The translations under genes and the position numbers were made by a program. The notes beneath the pieces were generated by a model. That model saw nothing but the letters and a program-made list of their open reading frames with translations, ran no database searches and was not told the DNA's origin. Shown here one piece after another: positions 26,846-34,875 of a DNA stretch of 34,875 bases. Source of the stretch: Saprospiraceae bacterium (GTDB lineage Bacteria > Bacteroidota > Bacteroidia > Chitinophagales > Saprospiraceae); NCBI GenBank assembly GCA_027011385.1, contig JALVAD010000148.1, positions 1-34,875 of the forward strand, given 5' to 3'. Every line of letters begins with the position of its first letter. The first letter of the stretch is position 1.

Positions 26846-27994
26846 ATGCACTTCAAGGATTTCAAGTTCTCACAAAATTTATTAAAGTTAATCGAAAAGG
26901 AAGGGTATAAGTCTGTCTATCCAATTCAAGAAAAAGTTATCCCTGCCATAATGGACAAAAGAGATATACTCGGTATTGCCAAAACAGGTTCAGGTAAAAC
27001 AGCAGGATTTGTACTGCCCATAATATCAAATTTCAGAAAGCAAAACCCGGAAGCTAAAGATAGAAATATTCAGATTTTGGTTTTAGTTCCAACCAGAGAG
27101 CTCGCGATTCAAATTTCAGATGTATTCCATTTATTCAAAAATGGTTCAAGAGAAGAGATCATTATTAAATCTGTGTATGGTGGAGTATCCATCAATCCGC
27201 AAATGAAGGCGATGCATGGAGTGGATATATTGGTCGCTACTCCAGGAAGACTATTAGATTTGGTTCAGAGCAATGCTTTAAGTCTGTCCAAAGTCAAAAT
27301 ATTGGTTCTTGATGAAGCTGATAAAATGTTGAATTTGGGATTTGCTGAAGAGATGAACAAAATCCTGTCCCTTTTGCCAACAAACAGGCAAAATTTACTA
27401 TTTTCAGCTACTTTAAGCAAGAATATCGACAGTATTTCAAAAATATTTTTGAGTGATCCATTAGTAATAAAAATCAATGAAGAGAATGAGGATAATACGC
27501 AAAATATAAAGCAATATGGCTATTTTGTAAATGAAGAAAAAAAAGGATCACTACTCAGATATTTGATTAAAGAGAAAAATATGCAGCGAGTATTGATATT
27601 TACTTCATCGATCTATCAAACAAATAATGTTACCAATAAACTAAATAAAAATGGAATTCAAGCAATTGCTTTTCACAGTAAAAAAAGTCAAAATGCCAGA
27701 ATTAATGCATTGAAAAAATTTAAGGAAGGAGAAATTCAGGCTTTAGTAACGACAAATTTATTATCGAGAGGTATTGACATTGAAAAACTACCTTATGTGA
27801 TAAACTACGAATTACCTAGATCGCCCAAGGACTATATACACCGGATTGGCAGAACAGGAAGAGCAGAATCTACGGGGGAAGCAATCTCATTGGTTTCTCC
27901 AAGTGAATTAGCCCATTTTAAAGTTATCCTAAAAAAAATGAACTTATGGGTAGATATGATTGATAGTGATTCAATAAACTTAAAAGGATATTAA
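26846..27994 (+). CDS. DEAD-box ATP-dependent RNA helicase
   Basis: Q motif (PIQEKVIP), AKTGSGKT, PTRELA, DEAD, SAT, HRIGRTGRA. Confidence 0.9.
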   Translation: MHFKDFKFSQNLLKLIEKEGYKSVYPIQEKVIPAIMDKRDILGIAKTGSGKTAGFVLPIISNFRKQNPEAKDRNIQILVLVPTRELAIQISDVFHLFKNGSREEIIIKSVYGGVSINPQMKAMHGVDILVATPGRLLDLVQSNALSLSKVKILVLDEADKMLNLGFAEEMNKILSLLPTNRQNLLFSATLSKNIDSISKIFLSDPLVIKINEENEDNTQNIKQYGYFVNEEKKGSLLRYLIKEKNMQRVLIFTSSIYQTNNVTNKLNKNGIQAIAFHSKKSQNARINALKKFKEGEIQALVTTNLLSRGIDIEKLPYVINYELPRSPKDYIHRIGRTGRAESTGEAISLVSPSELAHFKVILKKMNLWVDMIDSDSINLKGY

Positions 27995-28003
27995 AATATA
28001 ATT

Positions 28004-29353
28004 ATGAATACTTTTAGAGATTTAAAAATATCAAAGCAACTAGCTAATGCAATGGATGATTTAGGATTTGAATCCCCTACTCCCATTCAGCAAGAGACTT
28101 TTTCGATAATCAGAGCGGGGAAAAACATAATTGGTATTGCTCAAACCGGAACAGGAAAGACTTTAGCTTATGCATTGCCAATATTGCAAGATCATAAGTT
28201 TTCAAAACAAATCAATCCAAAAGTTATTGTGTTAGTTCCAACCAGAGAACTTGTACTTCAAGTGGTAGAACAGTTTGAGTCTTACGCAAAATATATCAAT
28301 ATAAGAATAGTAGGAGTTTATGGTGGAACCAATATAAACACTCAAAAAATAGCAGTATCTCAAGGTGTTGATATTTTGGTTGGTACTCCTGGCAGATTAT
28401 ATGATTTAGTCTTAAATGGAGCGTTGAAAATAAAAGAAGTGAAAAAATTGGTTATCGACGAAGTTGATGTTATGCTTGACTTGGGATTTAGATATCAAAT
28501 AAATAATATTTTTGAACTATTGCCCGGCAAAAGACAAAATATCATGTTCTCAGCAACTATGACTGAGGAAATTGAAAAACTTATAACAGATTTTTTCATA
28601 GCTCATGTAAAAGTATCTATTGCCGTTAGTGGTACACCTTTGGAAAATATAGAACAATCTTGTTATTCTGTTAAAAATTTCTATACTAAGGTAAATCTTT
28701 TATCTTTCCTTCTTCAGGATGTAGAGACATATAATAAAGTGTTGGTTTTTGCCCCAAATAAAAAAAGTACAGATAAAATATTTGAGTTATTAAGTGAGGA
28801 ATATGAGTCTGAGATAGGAGTGATACATTCTAATAAATCTCAAAATTATAGAATTAGATCCATTACTCAATTTAGCGATAGGTCAAAAAGAATTTTGGTC
28901 TCAACAGATGTGATGGCAAGAGGTTTGGACATAAATGATATCAGCCATGTCATCAATTTTGACGTACCGGCATTCCCTGAAAACTATATGCACCGTATAG
29001 GAAGAACAGGAAGAGCTGAGAAAAAAGGGAAATCAATCTTGTTTTACACTGAAAAAGAAAGGGAGTATAAACAAGCAATCGAAAATTTGATGAAATTTAC
29101 TATACCGGAAAAAGATTTTCCTGAAGAAGTCACAATATCGTCGGAGTTGACACCGGACGAGCGACCAAAAGAAAAGTACAAAAAAAACCACAATAGAAAT
29201 ACAAAAATACAAGAGTCAGGTCCTGCATTTCATGAAAAGAAAGAAAAGAATAAGAAAATAAATCAAGGTGGGTCTTATCGCAGAAAACTTGCAGCAAAGT
29301 ACAAAAAGCCTAAAACAAGAGGAGATAAAATCGCAAACAGAAAGAAGCGATAG
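28004..29353 (+). CDS. DEAD-box-family RNA helicase (DEVD variant) with a basic C-terminal tail
   Basis: PIQQETF, AQTGTGKT, PTRELV, DEVD, SAT, HRIGRTGRA. The last 80 aa or so are Lys/Arg-rich. Confidence 0.9.
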   Translation: MNTFRDLKISKQLANAMDDLGFESPTPIQQETFSIIRAGKNIIGIAQTGTGKTLAYALPILQDHKFSKQINPKVIVLVPTRELVLQVVEQFESYAKYINIRIVGVYGGTNINTQKIAVSQGVDILVGTPGRLYDLVLNGALKIKEVKKLVIDEVDVMLDLGFRYQINNIFELLPGKRQNIMFSATMTEEIEKLITDFFIAHVKVSIAVSGTPLENIEQSCYSVKNFYTKVNLLSFLLQDVETYNKVLVFAPNKKSTDKIFELLSEEYESEIGVIHSNKSQNYRIRSITQFSDRSKRILVSTDVMARGLDINDISHVINFDVPAFPENYMHRIGRTGRAEKKGKSILFYTEKEREYKQAIENLMKFTIPEKDFPEEVTISSELTPDERPKEKYKKNHNRNTKIQESGPAFHEKKEKNKKINQGGSYRRKLAAKYKKPKTRGDKIANRKKR

Positions 29354-29355
29354 AT

Positions 29356-31011
29356 CTATAATCCTAAATTAAAGCCAAAAGAAAATGTGTGATTTTTCCC
29401 TTGGTAAAAGTCAGGTGTAAAAAGCTTCACATCTGCTCCGCTTGCATTATTGAATTGATAAGTAAGTCGCAAATGGCTATTAAATGCAAATTCATAGGAG
29501 GCATTTAAAGAAATTACTTCATTAGTCCATCTAACTTCCTGCATAAATGGGTAAGTGACTGCAATATTCCCATTTATATATTCATAAGATCTACCATGAC
29601 GAGCCTTGGTGTATTCTCCTTTAATCAATAATCTCGCTAAAGGTTTATATGCAATGGAAAAATAAAGCTCATCTGAATTTGATCTTAAGTAATGGCCTAT
29701 ATTATAATCATTACTTTGGAAGGTAGTAGTGCTGATATAGTGTTCATAAACTATAGGTCTAGTATGAGTGAACTCTGCAATTACGAATAGATTCTGTAGG
29801 AAACCATTTGAATTTTTTACACCGACTTTGTATCCGATTGGATTGTATTTGCCTTTCTCTTTTATTCTACCTATTTTTAATTCATCAAAAAATACCGTAG
29901 TGTATAGATTAAAATGCTTTAATCTTTTAATACTTAAATTTAGGAACATTTGTGAATTTTGTCCAACCGCTACTCCTGCTTTATCGGTAGAATTGAGCCA
30001 ATGATCAACAGATTTAAAAAACATAAAAGGAATCATATATCCGGGATTGGGACTCATATCCGAATAGATAATGGAATTACCAAATGAGAAATATACTTTT
30101 TCAAAAGGTATGAAGCTAAACATATTTGCCGCTATATATTTAGGACGCATAACATCACGTCTATTTCCATTAGCAGTAGTAAATGATCTTGATGAATCGA
30201 TCACATTGGATACAAGCCATCCGTGCATATAATTAAAATCAAACCATTTCGCAGGCTTTAGATGCAATTTCAATTGAGCATAAGAAGGAGCTTTAGATGA
30301 CAAAATATTAGCTCCGTGATAATTAGTCCCCCACTCTACATGATCTTTAACCATACTAATACTTCCCCAATTCCAAGAATAGCCAATACCACCCCTCATC
30401 TCACTAAAATCACCACCTCCGCTCTTACTTCCCTTAAAATTCCCTCCTCTCTCAAGAGTCAAGTACTCTTTACGGTTAAATAATTCGGTCAGATTATTAT
30501 CTCTAAGGCTTGCCCATCCGGATAGATGCATACCTATGCTCATCTTTAATGATCCTCCACCCCATCTATGATAGTTATTCCTCTTAGCATTATTATAATA
30601 GTTCATACCCCAAATAGGTCTCAATTCAAGATAAAATAAAGAGTCTCTGTATCGATAACCCGGAGGTAATAAAGTCAGATTGTATTTGCTCATTAATTTG
30701 CCAATAACAGGTATTTTTACTTCTGATTCATGTAAAGAAGTCGAAAAATAAGAATATTCGCTAAGATAAAATTCCAATTCTTTCAGTTGTCTTGAATTTA
30801 ATGATCCCGTTTGGCGTTTTGCCTTTTTTAAACTCAAATAGATATCCTTATCTGAATATGGTTTTACTACATCATTCAAATCAATAATCCCTGATAATGA
30901 CAATTCGTCCATAAATTCATATATCCCCGTGCTGGAAATATGTTCAGGTATTTCCTGAGAAAATACTTTTAAATTTATTAAGAATAGTGTTATTAGTATT
31001 TTATATTTCAT
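29356..31011 (-). CDS. wzi: Outer-membrane beta-barrel protein, probably capsule-assembly Wzi family
   Basis: Signal peptide MKYKILITLFLINLKVFSQ. The N-terminal helical motif IYEFMDELSLSGIIDL..VKPYSDKDIYLSL resembles the Wzi N-terminus. The rest is long aromatic-rich beta-strand sequence ending in FSFGFNLGL. Located near a Wzc-like gene. Confidence 0.55.
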   Translation of the reverse strand: MKYKILITLFLINLKVFSQEIPEHISSTGIYEFMDELSLSGIIDLNDVVKPYSDKDIYLSLKKAKRQTGSLNSRQLKELEFYLSEYSYFSTSLHESEVKIPVIGKLMSKYNLTLLPPGYRYRDSLFYLELRPIWGMNYYNNAKRNNYHRWGGGSLKMSIGMHLSGWASLRDNNLTELFNRKEYLTLERGGNFKGSKSGGGDFSEMRGGIGYSWNWGSISMVKDHVEWGTNYHGANILSSKAPSYAQLKLHLKPAKWFDFNYMHGWLVSNVIDSSRSFTTANGNRRDVMRPKYIAANMFSFIPFEKVYFSFGNSIIYSDMSPNPGYMIPFMFFKSVDHWLNSTDKAGVAVGQNSQMFLNLSIKRLKHFNLYTTVFFDELKIGRIKEKGKYNPIGYKVGVKNSNGFLQNLFVIAEFTHTRPIVYEHYISTTTFQSNDYNIGHYLRSNSDELYFSIAYKPLARLLIKGEYTKARHGRSYEYINGNIAVTYPFMQEVRWTNEVISLNASYEFAFNSHLRLTYQFNNASGADVKLFTPDFYQGKNHTFSFGFNLGL

Positions 31012-31140
31012 ATTTTTTATTTATATTTCACTTACAAGTGTTTGTAACGTAGTCTGGTGTTGAGCGGCTATACTGTCATAAACAAAATTTAATTTCTTAT
31101 GCAAAAAAAGTAAAAATGAGTTTTTTTTATTTAAACCAAC

Positions 31141-31172
31141 TTTCGTTTTTTGTCTTGATACAAAAAACGAAA
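31141..31172. other. Perfect 13-bp-stem hairpin (tttcgttttttgt / acaaaaaacgaaa, 6-nt loop)
   Basis: Seen directly. The stem is AT-rich and has no U-tract on the minus (transcribed) strand, so it is not a canonical terminator. Confidence 0.5.
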
Positions 31173-31342
31173 CAAAAAAAATCAAGGCTGTATTCTTTTT
31201 TTAACGCTCCAAAATCACTCAAAATTCTAAACGTCTTAAAACTCACCCGACTTCGTCAGGGCTTAAACAATAATCCGTTTTTAACGAATTTTGACCGATT
31301 TTTCCACTAAAAAGAATAATGCCAATTTAACTACTACCAAAT

Positions 31343-31597
31343 TTAAAATAGCTGCGATCTTGATTCTCCAATACTTGCTTTTGCAATGCTAAGAAACTGG
31401 ATAAACTCTCTATTTCCGCCCCTTTCATAGCCCTCTGCAATATTATCCATAGTACTTCCCGATGATCCATTAATCTGATCTTTCAAACGAAAATCTTTAG
31501 CTAACTCAGTCTCTTTTATTAAAAGGTAAATATCTTGACAGAACGCTCTGGCTAATTGCCAAGCCTCAATATCTTCAAATGTAACCCATGTTGCCAT
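31343..31597 (-). pseudogene. Four-helix-bundle protein (23S rRNA intervening-sequence protein family), C-terminally truncated (84 aa)
   Basis: FEDIEAWQLARAF, STMDNIAEGYERGGNREFIQFLSIAKASIGESRSQL match helices 1-3 of the family. Family members are about 115-125 aa, and here the frame stops just after the start of helix 4. Confidence 0.65.
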
Positions 31598-31610
31598 TAT
31601 AGTATTCTTT

Positions 31611-31889
31611 TATGTGGTTTCAGTTTTTATTTGTTTCAGGTTTCAGGTTTTATTTGTTCCATGTTCCAATTTTTTTTGTTTCAGGTTTCAGGTTTTTTTG
31701 AACTTTGAACATTGAACTTTGAACCTTGAACATTGAACCTTTGAACCTTGAACCTTGAACCTTGAACATGAAACATTGAACTTTGAACATTGAACTTTGA
31801 ACCTTGAACCTTGAACCTTGAACATGAAACATTGAACCTTGAACCTTGAACATGAAACATTGAACATAGAACATGAAACATTGAACCTT
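31611..31889. repeat. Bipartite heptanucleotide microsatellite: T-rich GTTTCAG tract (31611-31699) plus 27 tandem GAACNTT units (31700-31889)
   Basis: I parsed the units by hand (GAACCTT, GAACATT, GAACTTT, GAACATG-AAACATT), with one 8-mer. There is a higher-order repeat of 78 and 56 bp. The last unit overlaps the HAD stop codon (31888-31890). Confidence 0.9.
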
Positions 31890-32304
31890 ATTTCCCAAAC
31901 AATTTACCGATTACTCCTTTTTTCTTTTGAAACATCTTCTGAACCGTCTCAACATCCTCACCATTTAAAATCTGATATATCCTACCCCATCCTATGAAAC
32001 CACCTATATTTCGATCATCTATAAAAATATCTGCTTTAAGTTTTCTTGGCACATCCGGAGTATAATCTTCTTCAACAAAATTTTTATTTACAGCATAAAA
32101 CTCAATTCCGTTTTTCTTACAAAACTCAACTGCTTCATCTAGTCTTTTACCCTTTCTATATGTCCATAAAACAAGTCTATGTCCATCCTCTTGCATCTTT
32201 TTCATAGTTTCAAATGCAAATATTAGCGGTTTACCAATATCAGGATATTTATCCTCTACTATAGTACCATCAAAGTCTATTGCTATAAGTTTACTACTGT
32301 TCAT
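31888..32304 (-). CDS. Small HAD-superfamily phosphatase-like protein
   Basis: IAIDFDGTIV (DxDGT motif I), VLWTYR (motif II-like), IFIDDRN (motif IV). 138 aa. Confidence 0.65.
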   Translation of the reverse strand: MNSSKLIAIDFDGTIVEDKYPDIGKPLIFAFETMKKMQEDGHRLVLWTYRKGKRLDEAVEFCKKNGIEFYAVNKNFVEEDYTPDVPRKLKADIFIDDRNIGGFIGWGRIYQILNGEDVETVQKMFQKKKGVIGKLFGK

Positions 32305-32465
32305 TTATTTCTTATCTGTGTTCTTTTGTTTCATTTTGTTTGTTTCAGGTTATTTTGTTTCAAGTTAATTTGTTTCAGGTTTTAAGTTTAAATTGAACAT
32401 GGAACTTTGAACCTTGAACATGAAACATAAAACCTTATACATGGAACATGAGACCTTAAACATTA
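32305..32465. repeat. Second bipartite heptamer element: GTTTCA(G/A) tract (32305-32394) plus about 10 degenerate GAACNTT units (32395-32464)
   Basis: Same two-part layout and orientation as 31611-31889. The last unit overlaps the Wzc stop codon (32463-32465). Confidence 0.85.
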
Positions 32466-34847
32466 AAAGAATCGCCACCAAGGTTTCTTCTTCTCCTGTC
32501 CATAGCCATAACCATATCCGTAGCCATATCCGTAGCCGTAGCCATAGCCTTTCTTGATATCGGATCCATTCAATAGTATTCCCATATTCGGTAATCTATT
32601 TTCTTTATAAAGAGAGTCCGGAACATTCAGCATACGCTTATCTAAGTATCCTGCTTTAGTAACAAATATGGTCATATCTGCGTATTCGCTTAGCAACAAG
32701 GTATCAGTAACCATTCCTGTCGGGGCAGTGTCAACAATGATATAATCATAAAATGGTTTTAGCTCATCAAACAGTTGTTTTACACTACTACGCATAAGGA
32801 TCTCTGATGGATTGGGGGGGATATCACCTGAAGGCAACACATGCATATTTGGTATTTCTTTCAATTTAATTATAGCTTGATTAATATCATAATCAGTATC
32901 GATCAAATAATTTGTAACCCCTTTGTCTCCTTCAATTCCTAAATATTGTATAACTTTAGGTACTCTTAAGTCCATTCCTATCAACAGAACCTTTTTACCG
33001 GAAATCGCCAGCGATGCGGCAAGGTTAATAGCTACAAATGTTTTTCCTTCCTTATTAATCGTGGAAGTAACTAAGATAGTTTTTGCTTTATCGTGCTCTC
33101 CTTTTAGCATAAAGCCAATATTAGTTCTTAGCAGTCTAAAAGCCTCTGACACATTCGTGTTTTTCTCTAATGCTACTAAATACTTGTTCTCTTTTACCTC
33201 CGGTATAGAACCAAGAAACGGTACTGCAATTTTTTCCAAATCCTTTTTAGTATGCACTTTTACATCCAATAAATCCTTTAAATAAAGAAGAAGTATTGGA
33301 AATAACAGTCCAAGTAGCAAGCCAATGATATATATAATTTTCTTCTTGGGACTTATGGGCAACCCGGAATCATACGCAGGATCTAATATCTTGGAATTTG
33401 ATACTGTTACTGCTTTAGCGATAGCTGTTTCCTCTCTTTTCTGTAATAAGTACAAGTAGAGATTTTCTATAATTTTTCTTCTCCTTTCTATTACAAGAAA
33501 TCTTCTCTCTTGTTTTGGAATGGCTTTGATACGGGATTTGAAACGATTGGCATCCTTCTCAAGATCTGCTATATTTATTTCAATAGAGTTTTTAATATTA
33601 TCCAAACTTTGCTTCAAGCTCTCTCGCATATTGACAATTTGCTCCTCAAAATTAAGAAATACAGGACTTTTCTTCGTAGATGACTTAAGGACTCTATTTC
33701 TTTGCAACACGAGTTTGTTATAGCTATTAATCGAAGATTCAACAGAAGAATAGGTGATTCCTAGATTAGCAGGAATCAAACTTGAATTATCCTTTTGGTT
33801 TTTTAAATAATCAATGATATATTCAACAAGATTCAATTGAGTATTGAGTTCACTCAATTTTTTTGTGGACTCCGCCATATTATTTAGAAAAATATTCGAT
33901 TCGGAAGCTAAATCTGTTAGACTATTTGAACTCTTAAAATGCTCAACATTACCATCCAATTTATCCAATTCTTCTTTGATTAATACTAATCTATCATTTA
34001 TAAAATCAAGAGTATTTTTTGATACTTTATTTTTATCTTCTATTGCATCCATTTTATGTTCCGCTAACAGGGTATTTAATATATCCACTGCTCTCTTTCT
34101 ATTGGAATCCTTTATACTCAGATTTAACACTTTTGATAACTGACTAGCCCTTTCAATATTAATTCTGGATTTCAGGCTATTCACAACAGACTCTACCGGC
34201 TTAATAACAATTTTTATTTCTTTGTTAATAAAACCACTTATTTTTTTATTTGGTACAAACACTACATCCCCGAATGACAGCTTTACTCTTTCTCCAAAAC
34301 CAGCATGCAAAAATACTGAATCTGTCTTTGTCATCAAGTCAAATGAAGATTCAGAAACAATCTTCATTTTAAAAACAGTATCAACTCTATCAAATAATGA
34401 ATCACCTATAAAATAATCCATTTTTACCGGTGAGTCTATGTACATATCTTCTTCTCTTAATTTCAGATATTTCCTTAGTGTACCCAAATTTTTATAAGAT
34501 ATATTAATTTTTAGATCTTTGACTACCCTAGTTAACAAAATAGAAGATTTCAATATATAAATATGATTTTCAGAGTTGTCTCCAAGTTTTGGTATTACTC
34601 CCAAATCTTGAAAAGCCGAAACTTCTGTTCCCATACCATCGGCATCTTGAACTTTTATCAATACAGATGCATTTACTTGATAAATAGGTGTAGTATACCT
34701 TAAGTACATAAAAGTTCCTATCAGAAAAACTATCAAACTTAGCACAAACCATGGCCAATATCTCAAGTATTTTTCGATTAACTCTCTTATATTTATCTCT
34801 TCCTCCATACTCTCTTCCAGAGGATTTTTACCAATCTCAAATTCCAT
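32463..34847 (-). CDS. wzc: Polysaccharide co-polymerase / BY-kinase (Wzc/GumC type) with a C-terminal (GY)n tyrosine cluster
   Basis: N-terminal Wzz-like domain with TM helix WPWFVLSLIVFLIGTFMYL and a coiled-coil periplasmic region, then a second TM. Walker A VTSTINKEGKT, Walker A'/B (IIVDTAP), and the tail GYGYGYGYGYGYGYGYG. Confidence 0.85.
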   Translation of the reverse strand: MEFEIGKNPLEESMEEEINIRELIEKYLRYWPWFVLSLIVFLIGTFMYLRYTTPIYQVNASVLIKVQDADGMGTEVSAFQDLGVIPKLGDNSENHIYILKSSILLTRVVKDLKINISYKNLGTLRKYLKLREEDMYIDSPVKMDYFIGDSLFDRVDTVFKMKIVSESSFDLMTKTDSVFLHAGFGERVKLSFGDVVFVPNKKISGFINKEIKIVIKPVESVVNSLKSRINIERASQLSKVLNLSIKDSNRKRAVDILNTLLAEHKMDAIEDKNKVSKNTLDFINDRLVLIKEELDKLDGNVEHFKSSNSLTDLASESNIFLNNMAESTKKLSELNTQLNLVEYIIDYLKNQKDNSSLIPANLGITYSSVESSINSYNKLVLQRNRVLKSSTKKSPVFLNFEEQIVNMRESLKQSLDNIKNSIEINIADLEKDANRFKSRIKAIPKQERRFLVIERRRKIIENLYLYLLQKREETAIAKAVTVSNSKILDPAYDSGLPISPKKKIIYIIGLLLGLLFPILLLYLKDLLDVKVHTKKDLEKIAVPFLGSIPEVKENKYLVALEKNTNVSEAFRLLRTNIGFMLKGEHDKAKTILVTSTINKEGKTFVAINLAASLAISGKKVLLIGMDLRVPKVIQYLGIEGDKGVTNYLIDTDYDINQAIIKLKEIPNMHVLPSGDIPPNPSEILMRSSVKQLFDELKPFYDYIIVDTAPTGMVTDTLLLSEYADMTIFVTKAGYLDKRMLNVPDSLYKENRLPNMGILLNGSDIKKGYGYGYGYGYGYGYGYGQEKKKPWWRFF

Positions 34848-34875
34848 TTATTAAAATTTATATTAATATTAAAAC

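Noticed and set aside
31650-31898. 82-aa and 66-aa minus-strand ORFs (MFKVQGSRFKVQ...).
   Set aside because: These are artefacts of the GAACNTT heptamer array, which lacks stop codons in several frames. The two ORFs overlap in different frames and are low-complexity.
32500-32550. The (GY)8-coding hexanucleotide repeat in wzc as a slipped-strand phase-variation tract.
   Set aside because: The codons alternate among synonymous variants (ggc/gga/ggt, tat/tac), so the DNA repeat is imperfect. Any slippage by whole units would also stay in frame.

Overview
Low-GC window, probably Bacteroidota. This is inferred from T9SS-type C-terminal sorting domains, TAnnTTTG promoter boxes and an ECF sigma operon. 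All product calls come from motif recognition by eye; no searches were run. Left to right: (1) a 613-codon partial secreted repeat protein on the minus strand that the ORF track misses; (2) an Lrp/AsnC regulator and a tightly packed housekeeping operon (xseB-aroC-yjbR-yigZ-coaE-GT2); (3) a sugar nucleotidyltransferase; (4) an ECF sigma / membrane-partner pair; (5) two tandem paralogous giant surface proteins of 1582 and 1415 aa, each with HYR-like repeats, a dockerin-like module, a cohesin-like module and a T9SS sorting domain; (6) a cupin / REC-REC-PEP-binding / quinone-oxidoreductase operon; (7) two tandem DEAD-box helicases; (8) a capsule-export cluster (Wzi-like, Wzc-like). The most unusual content is non-coding. 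Five intergenic regions are mosaics of GC-rich palindromic modules. I count five families and 16 free-standing copies, all in the same orientation. Two copies of a MITE-like element (328 and 481 bp) each have about 20-24 bp terminal inverted repeats and their own 11-12 bp flanking duplication. Both inserted into such modules, and together they form about 97% identical inverted repeats bracketing the 14 kb adhesin / PEP-binding segment. In the capsule cluster, two heptanucleotide arrays (GAACNTT paired with GTTTCAG tracts) start at gene stop codons, bracket a small HAD gene and abut a truncated four-helix-bundle (23S rRNA IVS-type) gene. No rRNA, tRNA or CRISPR array was seen.
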